64,000 bases of DNA from Nitrospira sp. (GCA_020846195.1 JADLEJ010000046.1:6115-70114); one strand, 5' to 3'; counted from the first letter of the stretch, positions 9,668-18,941 are shown. The notes: a model not told the origin generated them from the letters alone. Program-made: numbers and translations.

Positions 9668-10177
9668 TTATTCCGCAATCGCAACCGTCATCTCGACCCG
9701 TTCAAAAGGATTGTCGTTCCCATCGCGCTTCATGCCGACGACGGCATCCACCACCTCCATCCCGCTCACAACTTCGCCGAACACCGTGTACTGCCAGTCC
9801 AGGAAGTTGGCATCGGCCACGCAGATGAAGAATTGCGAGCCGGCGCTGTCCGGATCGTTCGACCGGGCCATCGACACGATGCCGCGCTTGTGCGGCTTGC
9901 TGTTGAACTCCGCCTTCACTTTATGACCGGGGCCGCCCATGCCGTGCGTCGCCCGGTCCGGGCTCTTGCTGTTGGGGTCGCCGCCCTGGATCATGAACCC
10001 GGGAATGACGCGATGGAACGTCGTGCCGTTATAGAAGCCCTTCTTCGCCAGATCGACAAAATTCTTCACATGGCCCGGCGCCACATCGGGGAAAAAATTC
10101 AATACGATCTCGCCCAACGCCTGTCCCTTGCTCGCTACGCTGATCGTCGCCTTCGTCGTGCTGCCCGCGTCTGCCAT
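9668..10177 (-). CDS. ppiB: peptidyl-prolyl cis-trans isomerase, cyclophilin type
   Basis: FHRVIPGFMIQGGDP and SMARSNDPDSAGSQFFI motifs. No signal peptide. Confidence 0.9.
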   Translation of the reverse strand: MADAGSTTKATISVASKGQALGEIVLNFFPDVAPGHVKNFVDLAKKGFYNGTTFHRVIPGFMIQGGDPNSKSPDRATHGMGGPGHKVKAEFNSKPHKRGIVSMARSNDPDSAGSQFFICVADANFLDWQYTVFGEVVSGMEVVDAVVGMKRDGNDNPFERVEMTVAIAE

Positions 10178-10240
10178 ATCCTGATCCTTTCCGTTACCAC
10201 GTTAGTGAAAAACACCCGACCACCCAATATCTACCCGCGC

Positions 10241-10268
10241 GCCAGGCTGTTCAGAAAAACCGCCTGGC
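10241..10268. repeat. 28-bp hairpin resembling the collapsed termini of the 125-bp inverted-repeat element (family 1)
   Basis: In GCCAGGCTGTTCAGAAAAACCGCCTGGC, the stretch CAGGCTGTTCAGAAA is identical to the left terminus of the copy at 39353, and AACCGCCTG matches the right terminus of the copy at 11446. It ends 1 nt before the TAA stop (10270-10272) of the minus-strand gene. Confidence 0.5.
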
Positions 10269-10269
10269 C

Positions 10270-11403
10270 TTATCGAAAACGGAACGGAGGCGGCGCCAAC
10301 CCGATATCCAGCCCCTTGTTGGCAGCCACCCAGGTCTGTCCATCGTCGCTGCGGAACACCCCGGAGCTCGTCCCGGCGTACAGCGGCCCTGCCCCGCCTC
10401 CGATCATGACTTGGATCGCAAGATTCGTCAGCCCTTTATTCAACGGGGTCCACTGCCGCCCTTTATCAACCGTCTTGAAGATGCCGTTGCCCGTCGCCAC
10501 AATCAGCCCCTCGTCGGTCGTGACGATGCCCCGAATAGAATCGTTGGGCAGGGCGCGGCTGATCGCCTTCCAGCTGGACCCGCCGTCCAGGCTGCGAAAG
10601 ACGCCGCCGTCGAACGTGCCGGCATAGATCCCCTGCTCACGGTCGATGGCCAGGACTCGAATGAAATTCTCGACCATGCCCTCATGGTCCTTGAGGCCTT
10701 GTTGCATACGGGTCCATCCGGTAGCGTTTTGCTTGAACCGGAGAATGCCTTTGCCCGAGGTGCCCGCGAAGAGCGTGCCGTCAGCCAACCGCACCAGTGA
10801 ATGGACCAGCACATCGTCCAACCCGGTGGTGACAATGGTCCATTTATCGCCCGTGGCATTCAAATGGTAGGCTCCTCCAGACGTCCCGGCATACAACCCG
10901 CCGTCCGTCACCAGCAGCGCCTTGATCTCCAACCGCTTCAATCCTTCGTTGACCGGCTGCCAGGACTTGCCCTCGTCTTTGGAACGGAACACGCCGCCGC
11001 GGAACGTGCCCGCGTAAATGGCTCCGTCGCGCCCAGTCGCCATGGTGAGAATGAAGGGATCGCTGACGCCGGCGCCGACGCTGGCCCAGCTGCCGCCCCG
11101 GTCGCTGCTGCGGAAGATGCCGTTGCCGAACGAGCCGGCATAGATCGTATCTTTGCCGGATAATGTCAGCGCCTGCACGCTCGCGATAGTTTGCCCGAAA
11201 GGACCGTCCGGCCCGAACGCGTCGGTATTGGGCGCCTCTCCGTGCGGCGAGCCGCCCACCGGCGGAGTCTGCGCCGCCACCGGAAACAGGCCCAGCCAGC
11301 CGATCAACAACATTAATGCGGCATATCTCACCAAACGTGACTTACGGAGTCGGGGCTCACCCTCTGTTTTTATTTCCACATCCCGTCTCCCATCACTCAT
11401 CAT
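10270..11403 (-). CDS. BNR/Asp-box repeat beta-propeller protein (exported)
   Basis: Repeated SxDxGxxW boxes: SSDRGGSW, SKDEGKSW, SLDGGSSW, TVDKGRQW, SDDGQTW. N-terminal hydrophobic anchor. Confidence 0.6.
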   Translation of the reverse strand: MMSDGRRDVEIKTEGEPRLRKSRLVRYAALMLLIGWLGLFPVAAQTPPVGGSPHGEAPNTDAFGPDGPFGQTIASVQALTLSGKDTIYAGSFGNGIFRSSDRGGSWASVGAGVSDPFILTMATGRDGAIYAGTFRGGVFRSKDEGKSWQPVNEGLKRLEIKALLVTDGGLYAGTSGGAYHLNATGDKWTIVTTGLDDVLVHSLVRLADGTLFAGTSGKGILRFKQNATGWTRMQQGLKDHEGMVENFIRVLAIDREQGIYAGTFDGGVFRSLDGGSSWKAISRALPNDSIRGIVTTDEGLIVATGNGIFKTVDKGRQWTPLNKGLTNLAIQVMIGGGAGPLYAGTSSGVFRSDDGQTWVAANKGLDIGLAPPPFRFR

Positions 11404-11445
11404 GCGTCACGTCTTCACACTCGCAATGTGCCGAGCCCTGAGGCC

Positions 11446-11570
11446 GCAGGCGGTTCAGAAAGGCTGTCCAGCAAGGCCGCAGCGAGCGCCGAGGCGAGGC
11501 GTACGCAGGCGGTACGTTGAGCTTCGGCGCGAAGCGAGAACGCCGCTGGCGGACTTTCTCAACCGCCTGC
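11446..11570. repeat. 125-bp imperfect-palindrome element with terminal inverted repeats (family 1, copy 1)
   Basis: Left end GCAGGCGGTTCAGAAAG; reverse complement of the right end GCAGGCGGTTGAGAAAG. Aligns along its full length with 39353..39477. Its last base is the first base of the complement of the tatC TAG stop. Confidence 0.75.
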
Positions 11571-12394
11571 TAGCGCATCCGCGTGCCGGCGGTCCCGATC
11601 GGCAAATCCGGATCCAACGGAAGATCGACGCCTCCGGGGCCACCTTTCCCGCGCCCGAAGATCCGAGCGCCCCAAATACCAATCTCATACAACACCATCA
11701 TCGGCACCGCCATCAAGAGCATGGTAAAGAGCGTGGCGTCCGGCGTGACAATCGCCGACACGATCAGCGCCGCCATGATCGCGTGCTTGCGATACTGCGC
11801 CAACTGCTTGGACGTGACGACCCCGGCGACGGCCAGCAACGTGAGCGCCAGCGGCAATTCGAAGGCACAGCCGAAAATCAGCAGAAACTTCACATTGAAA
11901 TCGATATAGGTCCCCACGCTCAATTGCGGCGTGATGTCCCGATCCATGCCGAAGCTCACGAAAAAATCGATGACCAGCGGCAGAATGACCAGGTTGCAAA
12001 AGACCAATCCCAGCATGAACAGCCCGCCGGCCAGCAGGAACAGCGGAATCGCCCAGCGCTGCTCTTTCTGCAGCAACGCCGGCTCGATGAACTTCCAGAA
12101 CTGATAGAAGATCACCGGGAGGCTGAGAATCACCGCGGACAGAAACGAGACTTTGATGGACGCAAACAGCGCTTCGGTCGGTCCATAAAACACCAGCTGA
12201 TTGGGGAAAGGCCGGTTCAGCCAGGCGACCATATCGGCGGAAAACGAAAAGGTCACGAGCAGCGCGGCCAGCAGCGTGGCCCCGATCACGATCAATCGCC
12301 GCTTGACGATACTGATATGAGCGGCAAGCGGGTTGATAAACTGGGCCATGATGTGTGGGCGCCCGGCCGCCGGATCGACCGGCGGCCGGGGCAT
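11570..12394 (-). CDS. tatC: twin-arginine translocase subunit TatC
   Basis: Six-TM protein with the typical HISIVKRRL ... FYQFWKFIEPAL ... TPDATLFTM blocks. Confidence 0.9.
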   Translation of the reverse strand: MPRPPVDPAAGRPHIMAQFINPLAAHISIVKRRLIVIGATLLAALLVTFSFSADMVAWLNRPFPNQLVFYGPTEALFASIKVSFLSAVILSLPVIFYQFWKFIEPALLQKEQRWAIPLFLLAGGLFMLGLVFCNLVILPLVIDFFVSFGMDRDITPQLSVGTYIDFNVKFLLIFGCAFELPLALTLLAVAGVVTSKQLAQYRKHAIMAALIVSAIVTPDATLFTMLLMAVPMMVLYEIGIWGARIFGRGKGGPGGVDLPLDPDLPIGTAGTRMR

Positions 12395-12397
12395 TCC

Positions 12398-12640
12398 TTA
12401 ATGCTCGGCTTGAACGGTTCCTTGCTCGCGATAGTGGCGGATCAACTCCGCCATCTTGTCTTTCATGACTAGCTTTTCTTTTTGCAGATGCTTCTTCACA
12501 ACTTCTTCCTGGGGCGTCAGCACATGGCGCCGTTGCAATTCGTTCAACTCGCCGTCGAGCCGGTGATGGGTTTCCTCAAGCGATTTAAACTCACGGCTGG
12601 TCTGTCGAAGCTGGTCCGCGAATCCCTCGTCAGTCTGCAT
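12398..12640 (-). CDS. DUF465 (YdcH-like) small coiled-coil protein
   Basis: ORF 12398..12730 trimmed to the Met at 12640. Contains LEETHHRLDGELNELQRRHVLTPQEE, typical of DUF465. Confidence 0.6.
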   Translation of the reverse strand: MQTDEGFADQLRQTSREFKSLEETHHRLDGELNELQRRHVLTPQEEVVKKHLQKEKLVMKDKMAELIRHYREQGTVQAEH

Positions 12641-12659
12641 GCCGCACCTCCTGATCGGG

Positions 12660-13199
12660 TTAGTGAGCGGGAACTGAGCCTCCCTCGTTGACAGGCGCAA
12701 CCCTGCGCCCGGAGCCGGAAGAAACCACAATCGGTTCCATCTCCATGAGCACCGCGTCTTCGACCGGATTGGAATAGTACGCGGGCCGGACCGACACCTG
12801 CGTGAACCCGAAACGCCGGTACAGCGCGAGCGCAGCCTGGTTGGACGCCCGGACTTCCAGCACCGCCCGGGTGGCGGCCTGCGTCATTCCGGCGCGCAAG
12901 GCGGCATCCACCAAGGCCGCGCCAATTCCACGACGGCGCATCTGTTCCGCCACAGCAAGATTCATCAGGCGCACTTCTTCAAAGACGATCCAAAAGCACA
13001 GGGAGCCGACGATTGCCCCATCTGCGGGCGCATTCTTCGCCGCTTCGCGCGCCACCAGAAAGTGGGCAAACTGGTTGCCGGTCAGCTCCGCTTCCAACAT
13101 TTTGCGCGTCCAGGGGGCCGAGAAGCAAGCTTCTTCCAGGCGCAACAAATCCGGCAAATCGGTCAGCGCGGCGGGAACAATCTGAATCGCGTTCTCCAT
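12660..13199 (-). CDS. rimI: ribosomal-protein-alanine N-acetyltransferase (GNAT)
   Basis: GNAT motif A RRRGIGAALV. Located directly downstream of tsaB, the classic tsaB-rimI arrangement. Confidence 0.8.
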   Translation of the reverse strand: MENAIQIVPAALTDLPDLLRLEEACFSAPWTRKMLEAELTGNQFAHFLVAREAAKNAPADGAIVGSLCFWIVFEEVRLMNLAVAEQMRRRGIGAALVDAALRAGMTQAATRAVLEVRASNQAALALYRRFGFTQVSVRPAYYSNPVEDAVLMEMEPIVVSSGSGRRVAPVNEGGSVPAH

Positions 13200-13202
13200 G
13201 CG

Positions 13203-13994
13203 CTAGCGAGGCTCCTTGCCCGTCGCTCGTGGCTGGCGCGCCGCTCTGGCAGCGGTTTTACTCGCCACGCGCGCCTGTCGTCGGGCCACTGGCGAGACGC
13301 CGCCCGATTGCTCATAGCGGATTTCCGCTTCAGTTCGCTGCACATACAACGGCGCGACCTGTTCGCCGGCAATCTCGCCCCGGCGCAGCCGTTCGATGCC
13401 GGCCTGGCCGACGGCGACGGCCGAGGGGCGCACGACATCGCCAGGAGCGGAAAGGATCGTGACGTCCGGGCCAAGAGCGGCGCGAATCGCCGGCTCCATT
13501 GCCACCCATCCTTCACCGAACAGGATAGCCGCACCCGTCAGCGTCTGTGCCAATGCCTGCGGAGACCCGACATGTTCGGGAACGAGCCGCTCGATACGGC
13601 CATCGATCCCCCAACGAAATACGGCCCAATAGATTTCATCTTTGCGGCTGGGGAGGACAGGACAGATCGGTTCAGATGTTCCTCCGCACAACCAGGCCAT
13701 GGCTTCCAAGGTCGGGACCAAGACCAGCGGCAGATCGGTCGCGGCTCGCAATCCCAGCAGCGTCGCCGTTCCCACTCGCACGCCGGTAAATGAACCAGGG
13801 CCGATGGAACCCACCAGCCCATCCAACTGCTTGAGCGTCAGCCCGGCATCGGCCAAGAGCCGGCCGATGGCCGGCAGCAAGAACGCGCCATGCGCGCCGG
13901 TGGCCGCTCGATCTTCCCGCGCCAATACCCGGTCGCCGTCGAGAAGCGCGACACTCTGCCAGGAAGTCGCCGTTTCGACCGCTAGGACTTTCAT
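13203..13994 (-). CDS. tsaB: tRNA threonylcarbamoyladenosine biosynthesis protein TsaB
   Basis: MKVLAVETATSWQSVALL ... GPGSFTGVRVG, the YeaZ family signature. Confidence 0.85.
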   Translation of the reverse strand: MKVLAVETATSWQSVALLDGDRVLAREDRAATGAHGAFLLPAIGRLLADAGLTLKQLDGLVGSIGPGSFTGVRVGTATLLGLRAATDLPLVLVPTLEAMAWLCGGTSEPICPVLPSRKDEIYWAVFRWGIDGRIERLVPEHVGSPQALAQTLTGAAILFGEGWVAMEPAIRAALGPDVTILSAPGDVVRPSAVAVGQAGIERLRRGEIAGEQVAPLYVQRTEAEIRYEQSGGVSPVARRQARVASKTAARAARQPRATGKEPR

Positions 13995-14848
13995 GATGCC
14001 GGTTCCGACGGTGACGGCCGGCGTGAAACTCGTCCAAGCTCTTCGTTCTTCAATTCCTGATTGGGCACAATTTCATGGAAGGTGACCTGCACACTGCCCT
14101 GTCCTTGTCCGTCTTCCAACATGATCTTGAACGGGCGCAACAATCGAGAATCACTCCCGCCGTTTGCTGGAAACGACGGCTCGCCGACTGAGCGAAAATC
14201 CTCGTACTGGATGGACGCGTCCGTTTCTCCGGCGCTGTTCAACCGCTCCTCCTGCACCACCAACAATGTCCGGCGGTCAAACCACATCCGCCGAAGCAGG
14301 GACCGGTCGGTCGAGGCCGTGCCGGGGCGCGAGCCGAACACATCCAAACGATACCGCAATCCTTCTTCAACCAGTTTCGTCGTCTCATCTTTCCCGATGG
14401 CGCCAGTGCCCAACACACCGCCCATGGCCCATACGCTCAGCTCGAACGGCCTGGCCAGCTTGCCCATCTCGCTCATCTCCGCCTGGCGGCCGCTCAATAC
14501 CCGGCCCATCGTCGGCAAGCGCAGCGTATACAGATCGTCGGCCTGGACAAATTCAAACAGCTCGCCGCCGATCGGCGTGAATCCGCGCAACCGCATGGCG
14601 CCAGGACGGCGATAGTAGAGGGCGCCTTCGACGCGTGTGGAAATGGGAATCAAGCCGCCGCGCACTTTCGCGCTGAAAAGGCCCTTCATGGTGCGAATCG
14701 CCGCTTCGCGTTGACGCAGCAGCGCCGTCAATTCCTCCGCCGTCGCCTGTTTCAGCCCCACCGCCTCTTCCGGCGCCGGCGTCGTGGTGCAACCGGCAAC
14801 GAGGAAACAGAGCAACAGGATGAGAGCCACATGCCCTGTGACGCGCAT
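13991..14848 (-). CDS. LolB-like / DUF4292-like outer-membrane lipoprotein
   Basis: ORF 13991..14893 trimmed to the Met at 14848 (MRVTGHVALILLLCFLVAGC lipobox), which removes the overlap with radA. The fold assignment rests on size and pattern only. Confidence 0.5.
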   Translation of the reverse strand: MRVTGHVALILLLCFLVAGCTTTPAPEEAVGLKQATAEELTALLRQREAAIRTMKGLFSAKVRGGLIPISTRVEGALYYRRPGAMRLRGFTPIGGELFEFVQADDLYTLRLPTMGRVLSGRQAEMSEMGKLARPFELSVWAMGGVLGTGAIGKDETTKLVEEGLRYRLDVFGSRPGTASTDRSLLRRMWFDRRTLLVVQEERLNSAGETDASIQYEDFRSVGEPSFPANGGSDSRLLRPFKIMLEDGQGQGSVQVTFHEIVPNQELKNEELGRVSRRPSPSEPAS

Positions 14849-14855
14849 CACCGTA

Positions 14856-16220
14856 CTACGCAAACACGACATCGAGCGCCTCTCCCACTTCATTGATCCC
14901 GATCAGTTCGATCCCATCGATAGGATCGACTTTGGCCAGGTTCCGTTCCGGCAACAGACAGCGTTTGAATCCCATCTTGGCCGCTTCTCGTATCCGCAAC
15001 TCCGCCTGGTTGACGGCCCGCACCTCTCCGCCAAGGCCGACCTCTCCCAATCCCAGAAGACCGGGCTCAATCGCCACTTCACGAAGACTGGAAGTCACGG
15101 CGGCGACGATCCCAAGATCGATTGCCGGTTCATCGATATGCATGCCTCCGACGACATTCACATAGACATCCTGCCCGGAGAGATGCATCCCCAAGCGCTT
15201 CTCCATCACCGCCAACAGAAGGGACACCCGGCTCAGCTCCACTCCATTGGCCACACGTTTTGGCATGGCATAGCTGGTGGACGACACGAGCGCTTGCAGC
15301 TCGACCAGAATCGGCCTCGTGCCTTCCAGGCTCGACACCACGACCGAACCAGTACTGTGCTGCGGCCGCTCGGCCAGGAACAATTCAGAAGGATTGGCCA
15401 CTTCTTCGAGCCCGCCGTCTTTCATTTCGAACACACCAATCTCGTTGGTCGAGCCGAAGCGATTTTTGACCGCACGGAGAATCCGATAGCTATGGCCTTT
15501 GTCGCCTTCGAAATAGAGCACGGTATCGACAATATGCTCCAGCAACCGAGGCCCGGCGATAGCCCCTTCTTTCGTCACATGGCCGATGATGAAGACCGGC
15601 ATGCCCGCTCGCTTGGCAAACGACATGAGCTGTCCAGCGACTTCCTGTACCTGGCTGATACTGCCGGGCGCCGACGTGACCTGTTCGGTATAGACGGTTT
15701 GAATGGAATCGACGACGAGCGCGGCCGGTTGAATCTCCTGCACCGCTTTGAGAATTTGCTCCAGCGAGGTTTCCGCCAAGATCAAGAGATTCGGATGCTC
15801 AATCCCGAGCCGCTGCCCTCGCATCTTGATCTGCCGTGGCGATTCTTCGCCAGACACATACAACACCGGCGCGGCTTTCGACGCCAGCCGCGGCAAGGCC
15901 TGAAGGAGCAACGTGGTCTTGCCGATGCCAGGATCGCCGCCGATGAGAATGACTGCGCCAGGAATCACGCCGCCGCCCAAGACCCGGTCGAATTCGCCGA
16001 TCCGTGTGAGCCGGCGGTCTTCCCCCACAACTTCGATCTCGGCAATCGGCGTCGCCTTGGCCTGCGCCATCTTCTTCATGGCCACCGGACGCCCCTTGCC
16101 GGTCGGCGCCTGCCGCTCTTCTTTCATCGTATTCCAACCGCCGCAATCGGGACAGCGCCCGATCCACCGCGGGGATTGATGCCCGCAGGACTGGCAGGAA
16201 AAACTGGTCTTCGCGCGCAT
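14856..16220 (-). CDS. radA: DNA repair protein RadA/Sms
   Basis: N-terminal zinc ribbon CQSCGHQSPRWIGRCPDCGGWNT, Walker A GGDPGIGKTT, KNRFG motif, Lon-like C-terminus. Confidence 0.95.
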   Translation of the reverse strand: MRAKTSFSCQSCGHQSPRWIGRCPDCGGWNTMKEERQAPTGKGRPVAMKKMAQAKATPIAEIEVVGEDRRLTRIGEFDRVLGGGVIPGAVILIGGDPGIGKTTLLLQALPRLASKAAPVLYVSGEESPRQIKMRGQRLGIEHPNLLILAETSLEQILKAVQEIQPAALVVDSIQTVYTEQVTSAPGSISQVQEVAGQLMSFAKRAGMPVFIIGHVTKEGAIAGPRLLEHIVDTVLYFEGDKGHSYRILRAVKNRFGSTNEIGVFEMKDGGLEEVANPSELFLAERPQHSTGSVVVSSLEGTRPILVELQALVSSTSYAMPKRVANGVELSRVSLLLAVMEKRLGMHLSGQDVYVNVVGGMHIDEPAIDLGIVAAVTSSLREVAIEPGLLGLGEVGLGGEVRAVNQAELRIREAAKMGFKRCLLPERNLAKVDPIDGIELIGINEVGEALDVVFA

Positions 16221-16319
16221 TCAGAAACGCCTCAACAGAGTAGAAATCTGATGCGTATAGTAAAGGAGAGAAGCCGTGAATGGAAGGTACGAGGACCGCA
16301 CAAGTCTATGCACGCCGCC

Positions 16320-16640
16320 TTAACGCGGATTCGGCTTGTCTGTAGTACTTTTCAGCCGCACGCGCCAATCCCTGGGTTCCTGATGCAGGTGTGCGACCGC
16401 AATAATGATGATCTCGCCACTTGTCGGCTCATAGATCAGACCATAGGGAAATCGCTGCATCTGACAACGGCGAATCGAGCCATCCAGCGAGTGCCAGGCC
16501 ATCGGAAAATCGTTGATACGCCGGATGGTCTCCCAGGCCTCATCGCGAAACTCATCCCCTAACTGAATGCGTTGCGCGTTGTAGTACCGGACAGCCTCGA
16601 CTAGCTCCTGATGCGCGGGGAGCAGGAATCTAGCTCTCAA
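16320..16640 (-). CDS. RelE/ParE-family type II toxin
   Basis: 106 aa with the plasmid-stabilisation pattern (RFPYGLIYEP...IIIIAVAHLHQEP). 4-nt overlap with the upstream antitoxin. Confidence 0.7.
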   Translation of the reverse strand: MRARFLLPAHQELVEAVRYYNAQRIQLGDEFRDEAWETIRRINDFPMAWHSLDGSIRRCQMQRFPYGLIYEPTSGEIIIIAVAHLHQEPRDWRVRLKSTTDKPNPR

Positions 16641-16873
16641 ACTTTTTTACCAAGATCCGCGAAGACGCGCGCCGCATCAATCGCCTCAAGCTCGCCACGA
16701 TGGTACGCAGCTAAGCGATCTTCCGCTTCCTTGAGCCACATCGTATCAAGCGCGGGATTGGGCTGGTCGAGACTGGCAATCAGGCCTTCCACTAAGGCCG
16801 CACGGTCATTGGATGGAAGTTCAAGGGCTTGATGCAAAATGGCTTTTGCCGATTGAGACATACCCACCTCCAT
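16637..16873 (-). CDS. addiction-module antitoxin
   Basis: 78 aa. LPSNDRAALVEGLIASLD and ELEAIDA are typical of the putative addiction-module component that pairs with ParE/RelE toxins. Confidence 0.65.
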   Translation of the reverse strand: MEVGMSQSAKAILHQALELPSNDRAALVEGLIASLDQPNPALDTMWLKEAEDRLAAYHRGELEAIDAARVFADLGKKV

Positions 16874-17069
16874 AAAAGAGTCATCAGAAACTGTACCAGC
16901 GACGCTCTATGAAATCTACCGCTCAGCCACCATCTGCACGAGAGCCATGAAGGAGCTACAGTATATGGCCTTTACTGCATGGCCCACAGGGACATTGAAC
17001 AGTTACTCCCATTCCCATCCTTCTGATGCCACGCATTGCGCGAATAAGAATGTCCATCCTGCTCACTCA

Positions 17070-17945
17070 CTATAATTTCTTCCGGATTTCTTTCCACTCC
17101 TTCGCCACCTTGGCTTTGCGCGGCGCCTCTCCTTTGGCCGGCTCCGGCACCAGCACGGCATCTAAGCGCCGCTGGAGAAAGGCCTCGGCAAAGGATTTCG
17201 TCCGGCCGATGCCGGTCTTCACCGTCTTCCATCCATCCGCATGCAAAGCATCGATGGCGGCGCCGAACGGCTGCTCGCCAGCCGGCACAGCCAGGACATA
17301 CCCGGCGGGAAACTTGTGCAGCTTCAGCCACTGCCGCGAGGACTCGCTGGCCTGGAACCGGTCGCCGCCGAAAGAGGCCGCCGGCACGACATACATCACG
17401 CGATAGTAAAATTGCGTCAGTTTGTCGAGTTCGTCGGCCGCGTCGGGCATCGGCGTCCCTTCCGGCTCAGCCTTGCCCCGCGCACTCGCTGTGGGATTCT
17501 TCGCCGGTGGCGCGTCCATGAGCGCGGCCAGCTCCACCGTCAGGATCGGATTCCGCCGCTCCCAGATCGCGAGATGCCCCAAGCCTTCGGCCGGCGCCAC
17601 GCGGCTACTCTCGCCGACTCGCACCTGCATCGGAATGATGCCTTGCGCCTTCGGCATGAACGGCAACCGCGCCGTCCCATCTTCGCCGGTCACTGCGGTG
17701 GCGACCACTTTGCCATAGACAAGCAATTCGAGCGGTTCGCCTCCCAGTCCCGCAGAGAACGCCGGTCCCTGCGACATCAGCCGCGCTTCGACTATGACCG
17801 TCTGATTGGGCGATCCCAAGCTATCGTTGACCAGAAGGGTCGCCTGAGCGGGTCCCGCCGCATCGGCGGAACCTAGAGGACTGAACACGATGGCAAGGAG
17901 AAAGAACCTGGCGAGGCGAAACATCTGACGTAAGACTTTACGCAC
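17070..17945 (-). CDS. hypothetical exported protein
   Basis: Signal peptide (FFLLAIVFSPLGSADA). N-terminal Ig/carboxypeptidase-regulatory-like stretch. No family recognised. Confidence 0.45.
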   Translation of the reverse strand: MRKVLRQMFRLARFFLLAIVFSPLGSADAAGPAQATLLVNDSLGSPNQTVIVEARLMSQGPAFSAGLGGEPLELLVYGKVVATAVTGEDGTARLPFMPKAQGIIPMQVRVGESSRVAPAEGLGHLAIWERRNPILTVELAALMDAPPAKNPTASARGKAEPEGTPMPDAADELDKLTQFYYRVMYVVPAASFGGDRFQASESSRQWLKLHKFPAGYVLAVPAGEQPFGAAIDALHADGWKTVKTGIGRTKSFAEAFLQRRLDAVLVPEPAKGEAPRKAKVAKEWKEIRKKL

Positions 17946-17950
17946 GGGCG

Positions 17951-18418
17951 TTAGGCGCGCAAGGCGGCCAACACTTCGTCGACGTGGCCATCGACTTTGA
18001 CCTTCCGAAAGATCGCTTTCAGCTTGCCCTCGGCATCGATCACGAACGTACTCCGTTCAATGCCCATATACTTCCTGCCGTACATGCTCTTTTCTTTATA
18101 GACGTCGTATGCCGCCGCCACCGATTTCTCCAGATCGCTCAACAATGTAAACGGCAAGGCATATTTGGCGATAAATTTTTGGTGCGACGCCTGGCCATCG
18201 AAACTCACCCCGATCACGACCGCATCTGCCTTCTTGATCGAGGCCATCGCATCGCGAAACCCGCAGGATTCTTTGGTGCATCCCGACGTGTCGTCTTTCG
18301 GATAAAAATACAACACCACCTGCTTCTCTTTGAGGCTTTTCAACGTCACCGTCTTCCCATCCTGATCCGGCAATGAGAAATCCGGCGCTTTCATCCCGAC
18401 TGCAAGTTCCTTGGCCAT
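17951..18418 (-). CDS. bcp: thiol peroxidase Bcp (peroxiredoxin)
   Basis: ORF 17951..18775 trimmed to the Met at 18418 (MAKELAVGMKAPDFSL). Catalytic FYPKDDTSGCTKESC. Confidence 0.9.
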   Translation of the reverse strand: MAKELAVGMKAPDFSLPDQDGKTVTLKSLKEKQVVLYFYPKDDTSGCTKESCGFRDAMASIKKADAVVIGVSFDGQASHQKFIAKYALPFTLLSDLEKSVAAAYDVYKEKSMYGRKYMGIERSTFVIDAEGKLKAIFRKVKVDGHVDEVLAALRA

Positions 18419-18473
18419 CTCTCCCCTTCTCCCACTCGACGCTGTGTTGACCGCCGCTTGCGCCCCGCCGTAA

Positions 18474-18941
18474 CTATCGCCCACCCACACTACGCCGGTT
18501 AGGGTTCTGAGGGGCAGCGACTTTCTTCTCTTCCATTTCAGGATTTCCGAAGGGGGACAACACCGGGGAATCCCAGATAATCTTATCCCCGGGAGCCAGG
18601 TTCGCTGCGTCGACGAACTGTTTGCGCGCCGCTTCTGTCTCCCCCAGCTTATTGAGCGCCAAGGCATAGTTATAATGCGCGGGGCCCGACTGCGTGGCAA
18701 CATCCACCGTTTGGGAGAAATAGGTTCTCGCGGCTTCATACTCGCGCGCCTGATAGGCCTGGATCCCCTGCTCATTCAAAGCAATGGCTCTCGGAGGCAC
18801 ACCGGCCTCCAGCGCCAAGGGCGTCAGCGCGCGCGGCTTCGAATTCGATGAGCAAGCCCCCATCCCGACCAGCGCAACCACCACACAGATCGTCGTCAGA
18901 AGCTTCCTCGTGCTTCTCTGCATGCCGCTAGCCCTTTCCAT
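18474..18941 (-). CDS. TPR-repeat lipoprotein
   Basis: Lipobox LVGMGAC. TPR-like YNYALALNKLGETEAARKQF. The start is ambiguous (18941 or 18923). Confidence 0.6.
   Translation of the reverse strand: MERASGMQRSTRKLLTTICVVVALVGMGACSSNSKPRALTPLALEAGVPPRAIALNEQGIQAYQAREYEAARTYFSQTVDVATQSGPAHYNYALALNKLGETEAARKQFVDAANLAPGDKIIWDSPVLSPFGNPEMEEKKVAAPQNPNRRSVGGR

Noticed and set aside
11455-11688. Short ORFs translated through repeat elements (11455..11688(-), 39362..39565(-), 45295..45642(+), 48847..49119(-))
   Set aside because: Their apparent similarity to each other (for example the shared ...CGLAG(Q/R)PF end) simply reflects the repeated DNA. They lack RBS and start-codon context and overlap real gene ends.
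16201-16235. TTCAGAAACGCCTCAAC near the radA start as another family-1 repeat fragment
   Set aside because: It is only a short partial resemblance to the two termini, with no inverted-repeat pairing. It is probably chance.
17951-18775. 274-aa ORF suggesting an N-terminally extended Bcp
   Set aside because: The peroxiredoxin fold begins at the Met at 18418. The upstream 119 codons are Arg/Pro/Ser-rich and overlap the 3' end of the TPR lipoprotein gene in another frame.
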